The notes under the pieces are model-generated. The model was not told the DNA's origin. It saw nothing but the letters and a program-made list of their open reading frames with translations, and searched no databases. A DNA stretch of 64,000 nt, taken from assembly GCA_038057845.1 (NCBI GenBank), contig JBBUCK010000041.1, positions 1,042-65,041 of the forward strand. Reading direction: 5' to 3'. The translations under genes and the position numbers were made by a program. Shown piece by piece: positions 1 to 9,899 of this stretch (positions are counted from its first letter, which is position 1; each line of letters opens with the position of its first letter). Origin of the DNA: Patescibacteria group bacterium. GTDB lineage: Bacteria; Patescibacteriota; Minisyncoccia; Phycocordibacterales; JAGLPS01.

Positions 1-15
1 ATTCTTGTTGCTACT

Positions 16-333
16 ATGCCACACTTGGGTTTTCCAAGCAGTGTGGACACGTTTCTCTATGCGCTAATTGGACTTGCTATTGCTCTCATTTCTTTTTTAT
101 TTCGTGATTTCAAAAAATCAATCAAACTTCGTTCTCCTAAAAAGGAACAAGAGGGAGCGTTTGTAGAGAATTCTCTGGCAGAATTAGCAGAGAAAAAACG
201 CGCGTTTCGAAGAAAGCCAAAAATAGTTCATTCTCCCGTATCGGGAGTATCTCCTTTGATTTCTGATATTACTCCACCAAAAAATTCAGAAAATATAGAT
301 ACCACCAAGCATGAATCGTCCCAGAATTTCTAA
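16..333 (+). CDS. hypothetical membrane protein; frame is open to the window edge so may be 5'-truncated
   Basis: ORF with one hydrophobic helix (FLYALIGLAIALISFLF) then K/E-rich tail; no recognisable family. Confidence 0.3.
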   Translation: MPHLGFPSSVDTFLYALIGLAIALISFLFRDFKKSIKLRSPKKEQEGAFVENSLAELAEKKRAFRRKPKIVHSPVSGVSPLISDITPPKNSENIDTTKHESSQNF

Positions 334-1480
334 GGGGTTTTATATTATCCTAGGTTTTGTACCTATAGGGTTTCTGGTACTCCTTTATCTTGGAATGTCG
401 CAACTATTCTCTTTTTCCTATGTAGGAGAGAATACTATTTTAGATTTTTCTCTCGTGGAAAAGAAAAAAGAATTTATTGCTACTCATGTAAAAATTCCTG
501 AAGCGGTTAAGGCTGTATATATGTCGGCATGTGCCGCCAGTGCTTCCTCTTTTCGTGATTCTATTGTCCCTCTTATTGAAGACACAGAACTCAATGCTGT
601 TGTCATCGACATAAAGGACTATAGTGGCTCTATTTCCTTTGCGACGGGTGACAGTCGTTTTGATAAACTTCTTAAAAAAGGATGTTTTGTTCCCGATATG
701 CGTGAATTCATCGCTTCTCTTCATGCCAAAGGCATTTATGTTATTGGCAGAATTACAGTTTTCCAAGACCCTCAAATGGCGAATGCCCGCCCTGATTTGG
801 CAGTGCAAAAGAAAGATAAAACTGTCTGGAAAGATTTTAAGGGTTTAAGTTTCATTGATGTTGGCGCAAGTGAATTTTGGGATTACATTGTTGCACTTGG
901 CATAAGCTCTTACAAAGCGGGCTTTGACGAACTTAATTTTGACTACATTCGGTTTCCATCGGACGGAAACATGAATGATATTTATTATCCCTTAAGCGAA
1001 GAACGCTTGCTCACCGACCCTGATTTTGGAAAGGCGCATGTTCTTGAGGAATTTTTCTCGTATCTTAAAGACCATCTTGCGGGAACTGGCGTTGTCATTT
1101 CTGCCGACCTCTTTGGTATGACGACGACTAATACGGATGACCTTAATATCGGACAAGTACTCGAGCGCGCGCTTCCTTATTTTGACTATATTGCGCCGAT
1201 GGTCTATCCTTCCCATTACCCCAAAACTTTTCTTAATCTGCAAAATCCAGCGGCACACCCATACGAAGTCGTGAAGTTCTCCCTTGATTCGGCGGTAACG
1301 CGCGCAAGCACAACCTCGCAGAAAATTCGACCTTGGCTTCAGGATTTTGATTTGGGAGCGGTGTATACGAAGGAAATGGTGCGCGCGCAAATACAAGCAA
1401 CGTATGATGCAGGACTAACCAGCTGGATGCTCTGGGATGCTGCTAATACTTATACTGAAGATGCTTTACTTCCTAATTAA
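311..1480 (+). CDS. putative glycoside-hydrolase-like TIM-barrel protein (DUF4015/GHL-like), N-terminal TM anchor
   Basis: 389 aa; N-terminal TM helix, motifs DIKDYSGSISF / FDELNFDYIRFP reminiscent of GH-like (DUF4015) proteins; assignment by eye only. Confidence 0.45.
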   Translation: MNRPRISKGFYIILGFVPIGFLVLLYLGMSQLFSFSYVGENTILDFSLVEKKKEFIATHVKIPEAVKAVYMSACAASASSFRDSIVPLIEDTELNAVVIDIKDYSGSISFATGDSRFDKLLKKGCFVPDMREFIASLHAKGIYVIGRITVFQDPQMANARPDLAVQKKDKTVWKDFKGLSFIDVGASEFWDYIVALGISSYKAGFDELNFDYIRFPSDGNMNDIYYPLSEERLLTDPDFGKAHVLEEFFSYLKDHLAGTGVVISADLFGMTTTNTDDLNIGQVLERALPYFDYIAPMVYPSHYPKTFLNLQNPAAHPYEVVKFSLDSAVTRASTTSQKIRPWLQDFDLGAVYTKEMVRAQIQATYDAGLTSWMLWDAANTYTEDALLPN

Positions 1481-1672
1481 TGGATGTCTTGCCCGCCTAA
1501 GTTTTGCTTCGCAAAATTTTAGCGGGTGAAGGATGCGGCAAATACTTACACAAAAGAAGCACTTCTTCCTAATTAGGCTGGATGCCTTGCCCACCTAAGT
1601 TTTGCTTCGCAAAATTTAGGCGGGTGGAGGACATTGTGAACACATACACAAGAGAGGCACTTGAAGTGCAGT
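1444..1672. repeat. tandem imperfect repeat (~95 bp x ~2.5) that re-copies the last ~35 nt of the upstream CDS; each unit carries a hairpin (1491-1528, 1589-1627) with UUCG-type loop
   Basis: aatacttatactgaagatgctttacttcctaatta...gcccgcctaagttttgcttcgcaaaattttagcggg repeated as cggcaaatacttacacaaaagaagcacttcttcctaattag...gcccacctaagttttgcttcgcaaaatttaggcggg, then a third partial copy. Confidence 0.6.
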
Positions 1673-1738
1673 AGGACTGATTTACTTTGGGTTTTGTTTT
1701 TAAGCTTTAAAATTGTATAATTTGAGTGAATTTCCTTT

Positions 1739-3643
1739 ATGCACGATGAAAATAAAATCGTATATTTCGCCGAGACCGATTCTCGCGGAAAGAAGCAAAA
1801 ATTTGGCATAAAAACCAAAGACCGTTCCCGTCACGTCTATGTTATTGGAAAAACTGGAATGGGAAAATCAACCTTGCTTGAGAACATGGCTGTTCAAGAT
1901 ATTCAGAATGGCGAAGGTATGGCGTTTATTGACCCTCATGGCAAAACAGCTGAACTCCTCTTGGAATATGTGCCTGCATCTCGAATTCAAGATGTTATAT
2001 ATTTTGCCCCTTTTGATACTGACTTCCCTATTTCTTTTAATGTGATGGAAGATGTTGGAGCAGACAAACGCCATCTTGTTGCTAACGGTCTTATGAGCGC
2101 GTTTAAAAAAATCTGGGTGGATGCTTGGTCTGCCCGTATGGAATACATTTTGAATAATATTCTGCTCGCATTGCTCGAATATCCGGATTCAACACTTATC
2201 GGTGTCAACCGTATGCTTGCCGATAAGGATTATCGCAATAAGGTGGTTAACAATATTACCGACCCTTCCGTTAAAGCATTTTGGACTGATGAATTTGCCA
2301 AGTACGGTGACCGATACATGCAAGAAGCCGGTGCCGCCATTCAAAACAAGATTGGACAATTCATCGCGAACCCGCTTGTTCGAAATATCATCGGTCAACC
2401 GAAATCAACCTTTGATTTAAGAAAAGTTATAGACGAGCGAAAAATACTCATTATCAACCTCTCCAAAGGCCGTGTCGGGGAAGCAAATGCAAATCTTTTG
2501 GGAAGTATGTTGATTACCAAAATTTATCTCGGGGCAATGTCAAGAGCCGATACGAGCGAAAAGGAGCTGAATAAACTCCCGCCATTCTATCTTTTTGTTG
2601 ACGAGTTTCAATCTTTTGCCAATGAATCGTTTGCCGATATTCTTTCCGAGGCGCGGAAATATAAGCTCAATCTCACGATGGCGCATCAGTATATAGAGCA
2701 AATGTCCGAGGAGGTGCGCGCGGCTGTTTTTGGCAACGTTGGAACAATGATTATGTTTCGCGTTGGCGCGTATGACGCGGAAGTGCTGGAAAAGGAATTC
2801 GCTCCGGAGTTTACCGCCGAAGATCTGGTAAATTTGGGATTTACTCAAATTTATCTCAAACTTATGATTGATGGTGTCACATCTCATCCATTTTCCGCGA
2901 CATCGCTTCCTCCGATTGAAACTCCTACTATGTCTTCCAAAGATCAAATTATTGAATCTTCTCGAAAAATCTATGCTCGTTCACGCGCTGTTATTGAGGA
3001 ATATATCAGGGATTGGCATGCGCCCATCAAAAAAGAGGAGAAAAGGAGTAATGAGGAGCGGCCGTTTTCTTCACAGAAAGAGATTGTAAAAAACCATCCT
3101 AAGCCCTTTGTGCCGGCGACCCCTTTACCGACCACACAGAATCCTTTCAAGGCAATTGCTTTTGATGAAACAGGGAAGGCGGTGGTCGAAGTAGCGGTGA
3201 AAAAAGCCGCCGAAGGCCCGCATCTTGCGAGGCTCGCCTTCGGCGGCCCGCTTCGCCAGAGCGGTAGCGAGGCGAGCAAGCCTCCCGCAGAGGACGAGAC
3301 TCGCTTCAAGCAGCGCTCTTACGAGCGGGAAGAAAAACCAATTACTGCTCCTCAGGTCTCTCAAACACCAGTCTCTCTTAAAAATCTTAGAGTTGATGAT
3401 CCTAAGAAAAGGAGGGAACAAAAAGGTCCAAGTGAGAAAAATCTCTCGGAACTCAAAGCTGCTCTTGCAGATGTTTTACAATCACACGGTGGAAGTAAAA
3501 AAGAGGAGTCTCTAGAACCAAAGCAGGAAGTGAAAAAAGAAGAGCTTGTAGAAAAAAAGGAAACTTTAGTTTCAAATACTCTAAATAATCCTAAGGAAAT
3601 CTCCGAATCAACACTCAAAAAAATCTTAGAGGTTCCCAAGTAA
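1739..3643 (+). CDS. TraD/TraG/VirD4-like (TrwB/DUF87-type) coupling-protein ATPase with ~200-aa disordered K/E/P-rich C-terminal tail
   Basis: Walker A VIGKTGMGKST, FIDPHGK, Walker B LFVDEFQSF, HQY motif; C-terminal low-complexity region. Confidence 0.55.
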   Translation: MHDENKIVYFAETDSRGKKQKFGIKTKDRSRHVYVIGKTGMGKSTLLENMAVQDIQNGEGMAFIDPHGKTAELLLEYVPASRIQDVIYFAPFDTDFPISFNVMEDVGADKRHLVANGLMSAFKKIWVDAWSARMEYILNNILLALLEYPDSTLIGVNRMLADKDYRNKVVNNITDPSVKAFWTDEFAKYGDRYMQEAGAAIQNKIGQFIANPLVRNIIGQPKSTFDLRKVIDERKILIINLSKGRVGEANANLLGSMLITKIYLGAMSRADTSEKELNKLPPFYLFVDEFQSFANESFADILSEARKYKLNLTMAHQYIEQMSEEVRAAVFGNVGTMIMFRVGAYDAEVLEKEFAPEFTAEDLVNLGFTQIYLKLMIDGVTSHPFSATSLPPIETPTMSSKDQIIESSRKIYARSRAVIEEYIRDWHAPIKKEEKRSNEERPFSSQKEIVKNHPKPFVPATPLPTTQNPFKAIAFDETGKAVVEVAVKKAAEGPHLARLAFGGPLRQSGSEASKPPAEDETRFKQRSYEREEKPITAPQVSQTPVSLKNLRVDDPKKRREQKGPSEKNLSELKAALADVLQSHGGSKKEESLEPKQEVKKEELVEKKETLVSNTLNNPKEISESTLKKILEVPK

Positions 3644-3673
3644 AAATGTTACACGTAGATAAATATTTTTTAA

Positions 3674-5206
3674 ATGAGGTTTCTTAGTAAACTTTTTATT
3701 TCGACGAGCGAGTGGCGCCGTGGCCACGTTTTGATGCGGACATGGCACGCGAGTCGAAGTCTAAACAAAGGCTTAATGGCCTTTATATTTTTTGTTCCTG
3801 TAACTTTTTTCACAACCGTCTCTGCGGCGGTTGTTATCGACGAAATCATGTACGACCTTGACGGCTCGGATACAGATAGGGAATGGGTAGAAATTTTAAA
3901 TGATGGAAACGGGGCAATAGACCTTACCGGCTTCAAATTCGATGATGGAGCAACCTCAAAACATGGTCTGAATGCCCCACCAAAAAACGGCGGTCAAGGC
4001 TCTCTCGTGATTCCGGGTGGCTCATATGCCATCTTTGCGGATAATGCCGCAGTCTTTCTCTCCGAACATCCGGGCTACACGGGGACAGTCATTGATACAC
4101 TCGTTGATTTGGCCAACACAAGTGACACCGTCTCACTTATTGATAGTAATGATAACGTTCTCGAGACGGTAACTTATGACTCGACATGGGGAGCAAAAGA
4201 TGACGGCAATTCGCTCCAGAAGATTAACGGCTTATGGAAGAGCGCTCTTCCCACTCCAGGGACTGTCAGTGTCTCTCCGTTCGCACCAACCACCGACCCC
4301 TCTCCACAGGAGACTCCTCCTGCAAATACTTCAAGCACAACCAGCACCTCTTCGAGTAGCACAGGGAGCAGTTCATCATTTCCTGTAGAACCGCAGATTA
4401 TCGCTTCGGCGGGGGAGAAAAAACGAATTGCAACTGTTGGAGGAAACATTATATTTTCTGGAAAAGTATGGGGTCTTAAAAAAGAGCCGATTGAAAACGC
4501 CCGTATTTTATGGAATTTTGGCGATGGAAGCACGGCGGAAGGGAAAACAGTGTCTCATACGTACCGCTACCCTGGTATATACATCGTCACACTTAACGCT
4601 TCGTCAGGACAATATTCGGCTTCTGATCGAGTAACTGTTGAGGCCATTCCGGCGAATATAATCATTTCTTCGGTTGGAGATTCGCAGTCTTTGCTTGTTG
4701 AACTGCATAATCAATCACATTACGAACTCGACCTCTCTTTTTGGAGTATTCATGCTCCCGATGTTACATTCATTATTCCGGAGTATACATTTGTTGGAGC
4801 GGGAGCAAAAATTAAATTTGCAGGTGAAGTGACTGGTATCACTTCTAACACGTTGGCAGATGTCTTGCTTTATTATCCCAATGGCATGCCTGCATCGGCA
4901 TCTCTCGCCATTGTTTCTGTTCAAGAAGAAATAGTGCAAAAATCTTCACTCGCATCCTCTGTTAGAAAAGAGGAAACAAAGAAGGAAGAATACATTTTAC
5001 CTCCAAAATCTGCTAATATGGCGCCTAACGCTTTCGGGGTCCTTGGAACAACAAGCGAAATTTTGGCGGCAGCGGAAACAGCAAAAGGGAGCGCATTTTC
5101 ACCTTGGATTTCCGGTCTTCTGGCTCTTATCGGCATTCCTCTTATTTCACTTTTTTTCTTACCTAAAAAACAAAAAACGGAAGCGGATGAGATAGAAATT
5201 ATTTAG
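3674..5206 (+). CDS. cell-surface protein: signal peptide, lamin-tail domain (LTD), S/T-rich linker, PKD-like domain, C-terminal TM anchor (probable true start near 3776, MAFIFF...)
   Basis: EIMYDLDGSDTDREWVEILN is the LTD signature; NFGDGSTAEGKTVSHTYRYPGIYIVTLNASS is PKD-like; C-terminal PWISGLLALIGIPLISLFFLPKK. Confidence 0.6.
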   Translation: MRFLSKLFISTSEWRRGHVLMRTWHASRSLNKGLMAFIFFVPVTFFTTVSAAVVIDEIMYDLDGSDTDREWVEILNDGNGAIDLTGFKFDDGATSKHGLNAPPKNGGQGSLVIPGGSYAIFADNAAVFLSEHPGYTGTVIDTLVDLANTSDTVSLIDSNDNVLETVTYDSTWGAKDDGNSLQKINGLWKSALPTPGTVSVSPFAPTTDPSPQETPPANTSSTTSTSSSSTGSSSSFPVEPQIIASAGEKKRIATVGGNIIFSGKVWGLKKEPIENARILWNFGDGSTAEGKTVSHTYRYPGIYIVTLNASSGQYSASDRVTVEAIPANIIISSVGDSQSLLVELHNQSHYELDLSFWSIHAPDVTFIIPEYTFVGAGAKIKFAGEVTGITSNTLADVLLYYPNGMPASASLAIVSVQEEIVQKSSLASSVRKEETKKEEYILPPKSANMAPNAFGVLGTTSEILAAAETAKGSAFSPWISGLLALIGIPLISLFFLPKKQKTEADEIEII

Positions 5207-5240
5207 GAAATTAAGGAGTGAAGCGACTATAATTTACTTA

Positions 5241-5350
5241 ACCCGCCTTAATTTTTGAACATATGAATAACGTAACAGCACAAAAGTATATTAATTTTAC
5301 CACTGCCTTAATAGTGGCGTCTGTATGGTCGAAAATTATGGCGGGCAGGT
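5241..5350. repeat. inverted-repeat element ACCCGCCTTAATTTTT...AAAATTATGGCGGGCAGG enclosing ~75 nt (same family)
   Basis: seen directly; lies at the upstream boundary of the glycan locus. Confidence 0.55.
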
Positions 5351-5382
5351 CTAAAACTCGTTAAAACTCGTTAAGAAAATCC

Positions 5383-6597
5383 ATGAAAAGAATACTTATA
5401 TTTTCGCTCGTCTACTATCCCCGTTTTATCGGCGGAGCGGAAGTTGCCATCAAAGAAATAACAGATCGAATTTCTCCAAAAGAAATTGAATTTGACATGA
5501 TTACTTTGCGTCTTGATTCAAAACTTCCGGCAGTGGAAAAGATTGGCAACATCAATGTTTATCGAGTCGGCTGGTCATCACGGCAGAAACAGTCATCTGA
5601 CTCTCTTCCTTGGCATTTACATCTGAATAAGTATGCCTTGATGTTTACTGGGTTTTTCAAGGCTGTCTCTCTTTCAAGGGTGAAAAAATATGACGCAATC
5701 TGGTCAATAATGGCCACCTACAATTCATTCGCGGCTTTATTTTTCAAGCTGACTCATCTGGATATTCCATTTATTCTTACTCTTCAGGAAGGTGATCCGA
5801 TTCCATACATCAAACGTCGCGCTCTTCCACTCTATCCGCTCTTTAAAATGATCTTTACTCGCGCCGATGCCATTCAGACGATTTCAAATTATTTGGCTAA
5901 CTGGGCAAAAGATATGAATGCGAAATGTCCTATTACAGTCGTGCCAAATGCGGTTGATTGTGATTTATTTTCAACAAGGAAGTTCGCGGAGGAGGAAACA
6001 GCATTGAAGAAACAATTGAACAAGAACGAAGGAGATGTTTTTTTGATTACCACCTCTCGTCTCGTGGTTAAAAACGCGGTCGGTGATATTATTGCCGCGC
6101 TTCAATTTTTGCCTGAGAATATTAAATTACTTATTCTTGGTCAGGGGTATGAGGAAGCGGCTCTTAGGAGGAAGATTGTCGATTTGAAATTGGAGGGACG
6201 GGTGCAATTTTTGGGCTTTGTGCCTCATGCCTCAATGCCGCAGTATTTGCATGTCTCCGATATTTTTGTACGCCCGTCGCTCTCCGAAGGGATGGGTAAT
6301 TCTTTTGTGGAAGCAATGGCAGCAGGGCTTCCTGTTATCGCGACTCAAGAAGGAGGAATCGCCGACTTTCTTTTTGATCCAGAGAGGAATCCAAATAAAT
6401 TACCAACCGGTCGCGCCGTGAACCCAAAGGACCCCAAAGGGATTGCGCGTGCAGTCGAGTTGTATCTTTCTGATAAAAAAAAGACAGAAGAAATTATTAA
6501 AAACGGACAGGGACTTGTATTTGAAAAGTACGAATGGGACAAAGTTGCCCGTGATATGAAAGAAAAAGTTTTCAATACGTTATTTAACCGTATATGA
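5383..6597 (+). CDS. glycosyltransferase family 4
   Basis: C-terminal EGMGNSFVEAMAAGLPVIATQEGG motif (GT4 E-x7-E region). Confidence 0.8.
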   Translation: MKRILIFSLVYYPRFIGGAEVAIKEITDRISPKEIEFDMITLRLDSKLPAVEKIGNINVYRVGWSSRQKQSSDSLPWHLHLNKYALMFTGFFKAVSLSRVKKYDAIWSIMATYNSFAALFFKLTHLDIPFILTLQEGDPIPYIKRRALPLYPLFKMIFTRADAIQTISNYLANWAKDMNAKCPITVVPNAVDCDLFSTRKFAEEETALKKQLNKNEGDVFLITTSRLVVKNAVGDIIAALQFLPENIKLLILGQGYEEAALRRKIVDLKLEGRVQFLGFVPHASMPQYLHVSDIFVRPSLSEGMGNSFVEAMAAGLPVIATQEGGIADFLFDPERNPNKLPTGRAVNPKDPKGIARAVELYLSDKKKTEEIIKNGQGLVFEKYEWDKVARDMKEKVFNTLFNRI

Positions 6598-7748
6598 CAC
6601 CTAAAAAAATTCTCATTGCTACAGGAATATATCCACCCGATATAGGGGGACCTGCCACATATTCAAAACTACTTGCGGACGAATTGCCAAAACACGGCAT
6701 TGAAGTAATGGTACTTACATTTGGTGCAGTGCGGCATCTGCCGAAGGTAATACGACACCTTGCTTATTTTTTTAAAACGCTTTCGCAAGGCAGAGAGGTA
6801 GATATTATTTATGCCCAAGACCCGGTAAGCGTTGGTCTACCGGCTTTATGGGCCGCACGACTGCTTAGAAAACGTTTCCTTCTTCGTTTGGGAGGAGATT
6901 ATGCTTGGGAGCAGGGTGTTGCGCGATTTGGAGTTAAGGATACCCTCGACGAGTTTGTCAAAAAATATGATGCATATCCGTTGTCTGTGCGAATGTTAAA
7001 GAAGATACAAACCTATGTTGCGCAACATGCAGAAACAGTAATTGTTCCAAGTCGGTATCTTGCAAGTATTGTGCAGGTTTGGGGAAGGAAAATAAATGTA
7101 AAAGTAATACATAATGCTTTTTCTCTCAATTCAGTTTCTGACAGTAATACATACACGTCTTATACTTTGACTCTTGTTCCAGAGAGTAAAGACGAACTTC
7201 GTAAAAAACTTAATTTTCAAGGGAAAGTTATTCTTTCTGCGGGTCGATTCGTCCCTTGGAAAGGTTTTGATATGCTTATTGAGATTATGCCTGATTTACG
7301 CAGAGAGGTACCTGATGCCTTTTTATACATTGTCGGTGAGGGTCCTGAACAGCCATTTCTGAAGACTTTAGTAGAAAAACATAATGCTTCAGAATACATA
7401 CATTTTCTTGGCACTCTTCCGCGTATAACACTACTCCAATACATTAAAGCTTCTGACGTATTTGCACTTAATACTGGCTACGAAGGGCTTTCCCATCAGC
7501 TTATTGAAGCGATGTCATTACATACTCCTGTAGTTACAACCAACATCCCAGGAAATAAAGAATTGATAAGAGATGGGATATCAGGAATACTTCTTAGCTA
7601 TAATGACAAAAAAGCGTTTACTGATACTTTGATTCGTGTTCTTTCTGAATTTGATACATCCGAGATCGTTAATCAAGCATTCGAAAAATCCCAGACATTT
7701 ACTTATAGCCGTATGATAAATGAAACAATTGACGCATTAGGCATATGA
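6594..7748 (+). CDS. glycosyltransferase family 4
   Basis: GT4-like two-domain architecture, GxEG...EAM motif; ATGA start/stop overlap with upstream GT. Confidence 0.8.
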   Translation: MTPKKILIATGIYPPDIGGPATYSKLLADELPKHGIEVMVLTFGAVRHLPKVIRHLAYFFKTLSQGREVDIIYAQDPVSVGLPALWAARLLRKRFLLRLGGDYAWEQGVARFGVKDTLDEFVKKYDAYPLSVRMLKKIQTYVAQHAETVIVPSRYLASIVQVWGRKINVKVIHNAFSLNSVSDSNTYTSYTLTLVPESKDELRKKLNFQGKVILSAGRFVPWKGFDMLIEIMPDLRREVPDAFLYIVGEGPEQPFLKTLVEKHNASEYIHFLGTLPRITLLQYIKASDVFALNTGYEGLSHQLIEAMSLHTPVVTTNIPGNKELIRDGISGILLSYNDKKAFTDTLIRVLSEFDTSEIVNQAFEKSQTFTYSRMINETIDALGI

Positions 7749-8848
7749 ACATTATCTCAATAAGCACAGACAGAAATATATGGCAGGAGACAAGTGCAGT
7801 GCGCGCACGGATGATTGAATACGGACAGCTATTTGATTCATTGCATATTATTGTTTTTTCAAAAAAGGGACACGATTTGCAACTCGTTCAATTGTCCGAC
7901 AATGTGTGGGCGTACCCAACAAACTCCTTTAATCAATGGTTGTATATTTTCGATGCTATTCGTCTCGGCAAACAACTCTTTGCTACAAGCTACAAGCTAC
8001 AAGCTACAAGCTGGCTCGTAACTGCTCAAGATCCCTTTGAAACAGGTTTTTGCGCGTGGATACTATCGCGGCTAATCGGCAGTAAATTAAATATTCAGAT
8101 TCATACTGATTTTTTGAGTCCATACTTTGTTAAGGGAAATGTTTTAAACAGAATCCGAGTTTTTTTAGCAGACTTTCTTTTACCGAAAGCTGATGGAATT
8201 AGAGTGGTATCCGATCGTATAAAGTCCTCTCTGCAAGCTACAAGCTACAAGCTAAAAGCTTCCCCCATTGTTCTGCCGATTTTTGTCGATGTGTTAAGTA
8301 TTGAGAATACTCAAATCACATTAGATTTGAAGGAAAAATATTCTCAATTTTCGCACATAATTCTTATGGCGACTCGGTTTGCCAAAGAAAAAAACATTTC
8401 TCTCGCTATTGACGCCTTCATACAGGTACTAGAGAAGCTACCCCGCGCAGGTCTTATCATTGTTGGTTCTGGACCTGAATGGGATAATTTAAGGCTTAAA
8501 GTAAAAGCATATAAGTTGTCAGAGAGTATTATCTTTGAACCATGGATAGGTTTTGAAACATTGATTTCTTACTATAAAACAACCAATTTACTTTTAAATA
8601 CCTCTTTATATGAAGGATACGGCCTCATTTTTGCTGAAGCAGCCGCATGCAATACTCCAATTGTTTCAACCGATGTTGGCATTGCCTCCGAAGTGGGCGC
8701 TACTATAGCCGACCATTCTGCTTCAAGTGTTGCCCAAAAGATTCTTGATGTCTTGGGCAATCCCAATCCCAGTCGACTACTCTATATTATTTCCAAAGAA
8801 GAGTATCTTTTAGATTATAAAAGCGCTTTATTGGGATTAGCAAGATAA
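7745..8848 (+). CDS. glycosyltransferase family 4 carrying two internal heptanucleotide (GCTACAA)n microsatellites
   Basis: EGYGLIFAEAAACNTPIVSTDVG GT4 motif; repeats at 7982-8012 and 8233-8260. Confidence 0.7.
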   Translation: MNIISISTDRNIWQETSAVRARMIEYGQLFDSLHIIVFSKKGHDLQLVQLSDNVWAYPTNSFNQWLYIFDAIRLGKQLFATSYKLQATSWLVTAQDPFETGFCAWILSRLIGSKLNIQIHTDFLSPYFVKGNVLNRIRVFLADFLLPKADGIRVVSDRIKSSLQATSYKLKASPIVLPIFVDVLSIENTQITLDLKEKYSQFSHIILMATRFAKEKNISLAIDAFIQVLEKLPRAGLIIVGSGPEWDNLRLKVKAYKLSESIIFEPWIGFETLISYYKTTNLLLNTSLYEGYGLIFAEAAACNTPIVSTDVGIASEVGATIADHSASSVAQKILDVLGNPNPSRLLYIISKEEYLLDYKSALLGLAR

Positions 8849-9882
8849 TGAAAATTCTGATACTTACACAAAAAATAGACAAAAATGACCCTATCCTCGG
8901 TTTTTTCCACGGATGGCTTATTGAATTTGCGAAGCATTTCGAGCAACTAACCGTTATCTGTTTGCAAAAAGGGGAGTACACTCTTCCAGAAAACATAACA
9001 GTCTTGTCACTTGGGAAGGAAAATACTGTATCCCGTTTTACATACATCATACGTTTCTACGCATACGTATGGCAGGAGCGTAAAAACTACGATGCTGTTT
9101 TTGTGCATATGAACCAAGAGTATATCCTTTTGGGCTCGTTATTGTGGAAACTGCTTGGAAAAAAGATAACACTCTGGAGAAACCATCATGCTGGTAATAT
9201 TCTTACGAATATAGCAGTTTTTTTGTGTGACAAAGTCTTTTGTACCTCCAAGTATTCATATACAGCCAAATTTGTGAATACGATACTTATGCCAGTTGGT
9301 ATTAATACTGACATCTTTCAGAAAGACACTGGAGTAGCAAAGACGCCGAACTCGATACTTTTTCTGGCACGCATCGCTTTCGTAAAAAAACCTCACATAC
9401 TTGTTGAAGCTCTTAAGCTTTTAAAGCAAAAAAATATTCTGTTTACCGCGACCATATATGGTGACCCTCTTCCAAAAGACCATGAATATGAGGAGAGTCT
9501 CAAAAAAATTGTCGAGGAATCAGGACTTCTTAGTTCAGTATTTTTTCATAAAGGTATTCCGAATACAGAAACTGTAAGGGTATATAACAGTCATGAGATT
9601 TTTGTAAACCTCTCATCGAGTGGTATGTATGATAAAACTATATTTGAAGCTATGGCATGTGAGTCACTTACTCTTGCCTCGAACAAAAATCTGGTTGATA
9701 TTGTTGACCAGAAGTTCATTTTTGAAGAGAATGATGCAAATGGTCTTGCTCAAAAGCTTGAGCACCTACTTACTCTTTCACTAGATGAAAAAATAAAGCA
9801 GGGGAATACACTTCGTAAAGTTGTTATCGAACATCATTCCCTCAAAGGTCTTGCTATAAAGCTGGCCTCGGCCTTATCGTAA
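8848..9882 (+). CDS. glycosyltransferase (GT4/GT1-like)
   Basis: C-terminal DKTIFEAMACESLTLASN resembles GT4 catalytic region. Confidence 0.6.
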   Translation: MKILILTQKIDKNDPILGFFHGWLIEFAKHFEQLTVICLQKGEYTLPENITVLSLGKENTVSRFTYIIRFYAYVWQERKNYDAVFVHMNQEYILLGSLLWKLLGKKITLWRNHHAGNILTNIAVFLCDKVFCTSKYSYTAKFVNTILMPVGINTDIFQKDTGVAKTPNSILFLARIAFVKKPHILVEALKLLKQKNILFTATIYGDPLPKDHEYEESLKKIVEESGLLSSVFFHKGIPNTETVRVYNSHEIFVNLSSSGMYDKTIFEAMACESLTLASNKNLVDIVDQKFIFEENDANGLAQKLEHLLTLSLDEKIKQGNTLRKVVIEHHSLKGLAIKLASALS

Positions 9883-9899
9883 AGGTATGGATCCCGATA

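Noticed and set aside
1444-1672. Possible CRISPR array (repeated hairpin units near 1.5 kb)
   Set aside because: Only 2-3 units, unequal spacing, repeats include copies of the upstream gene terminus, no cas genes; better described as tandem duplication of a gene 3' end with terminator hairpins.
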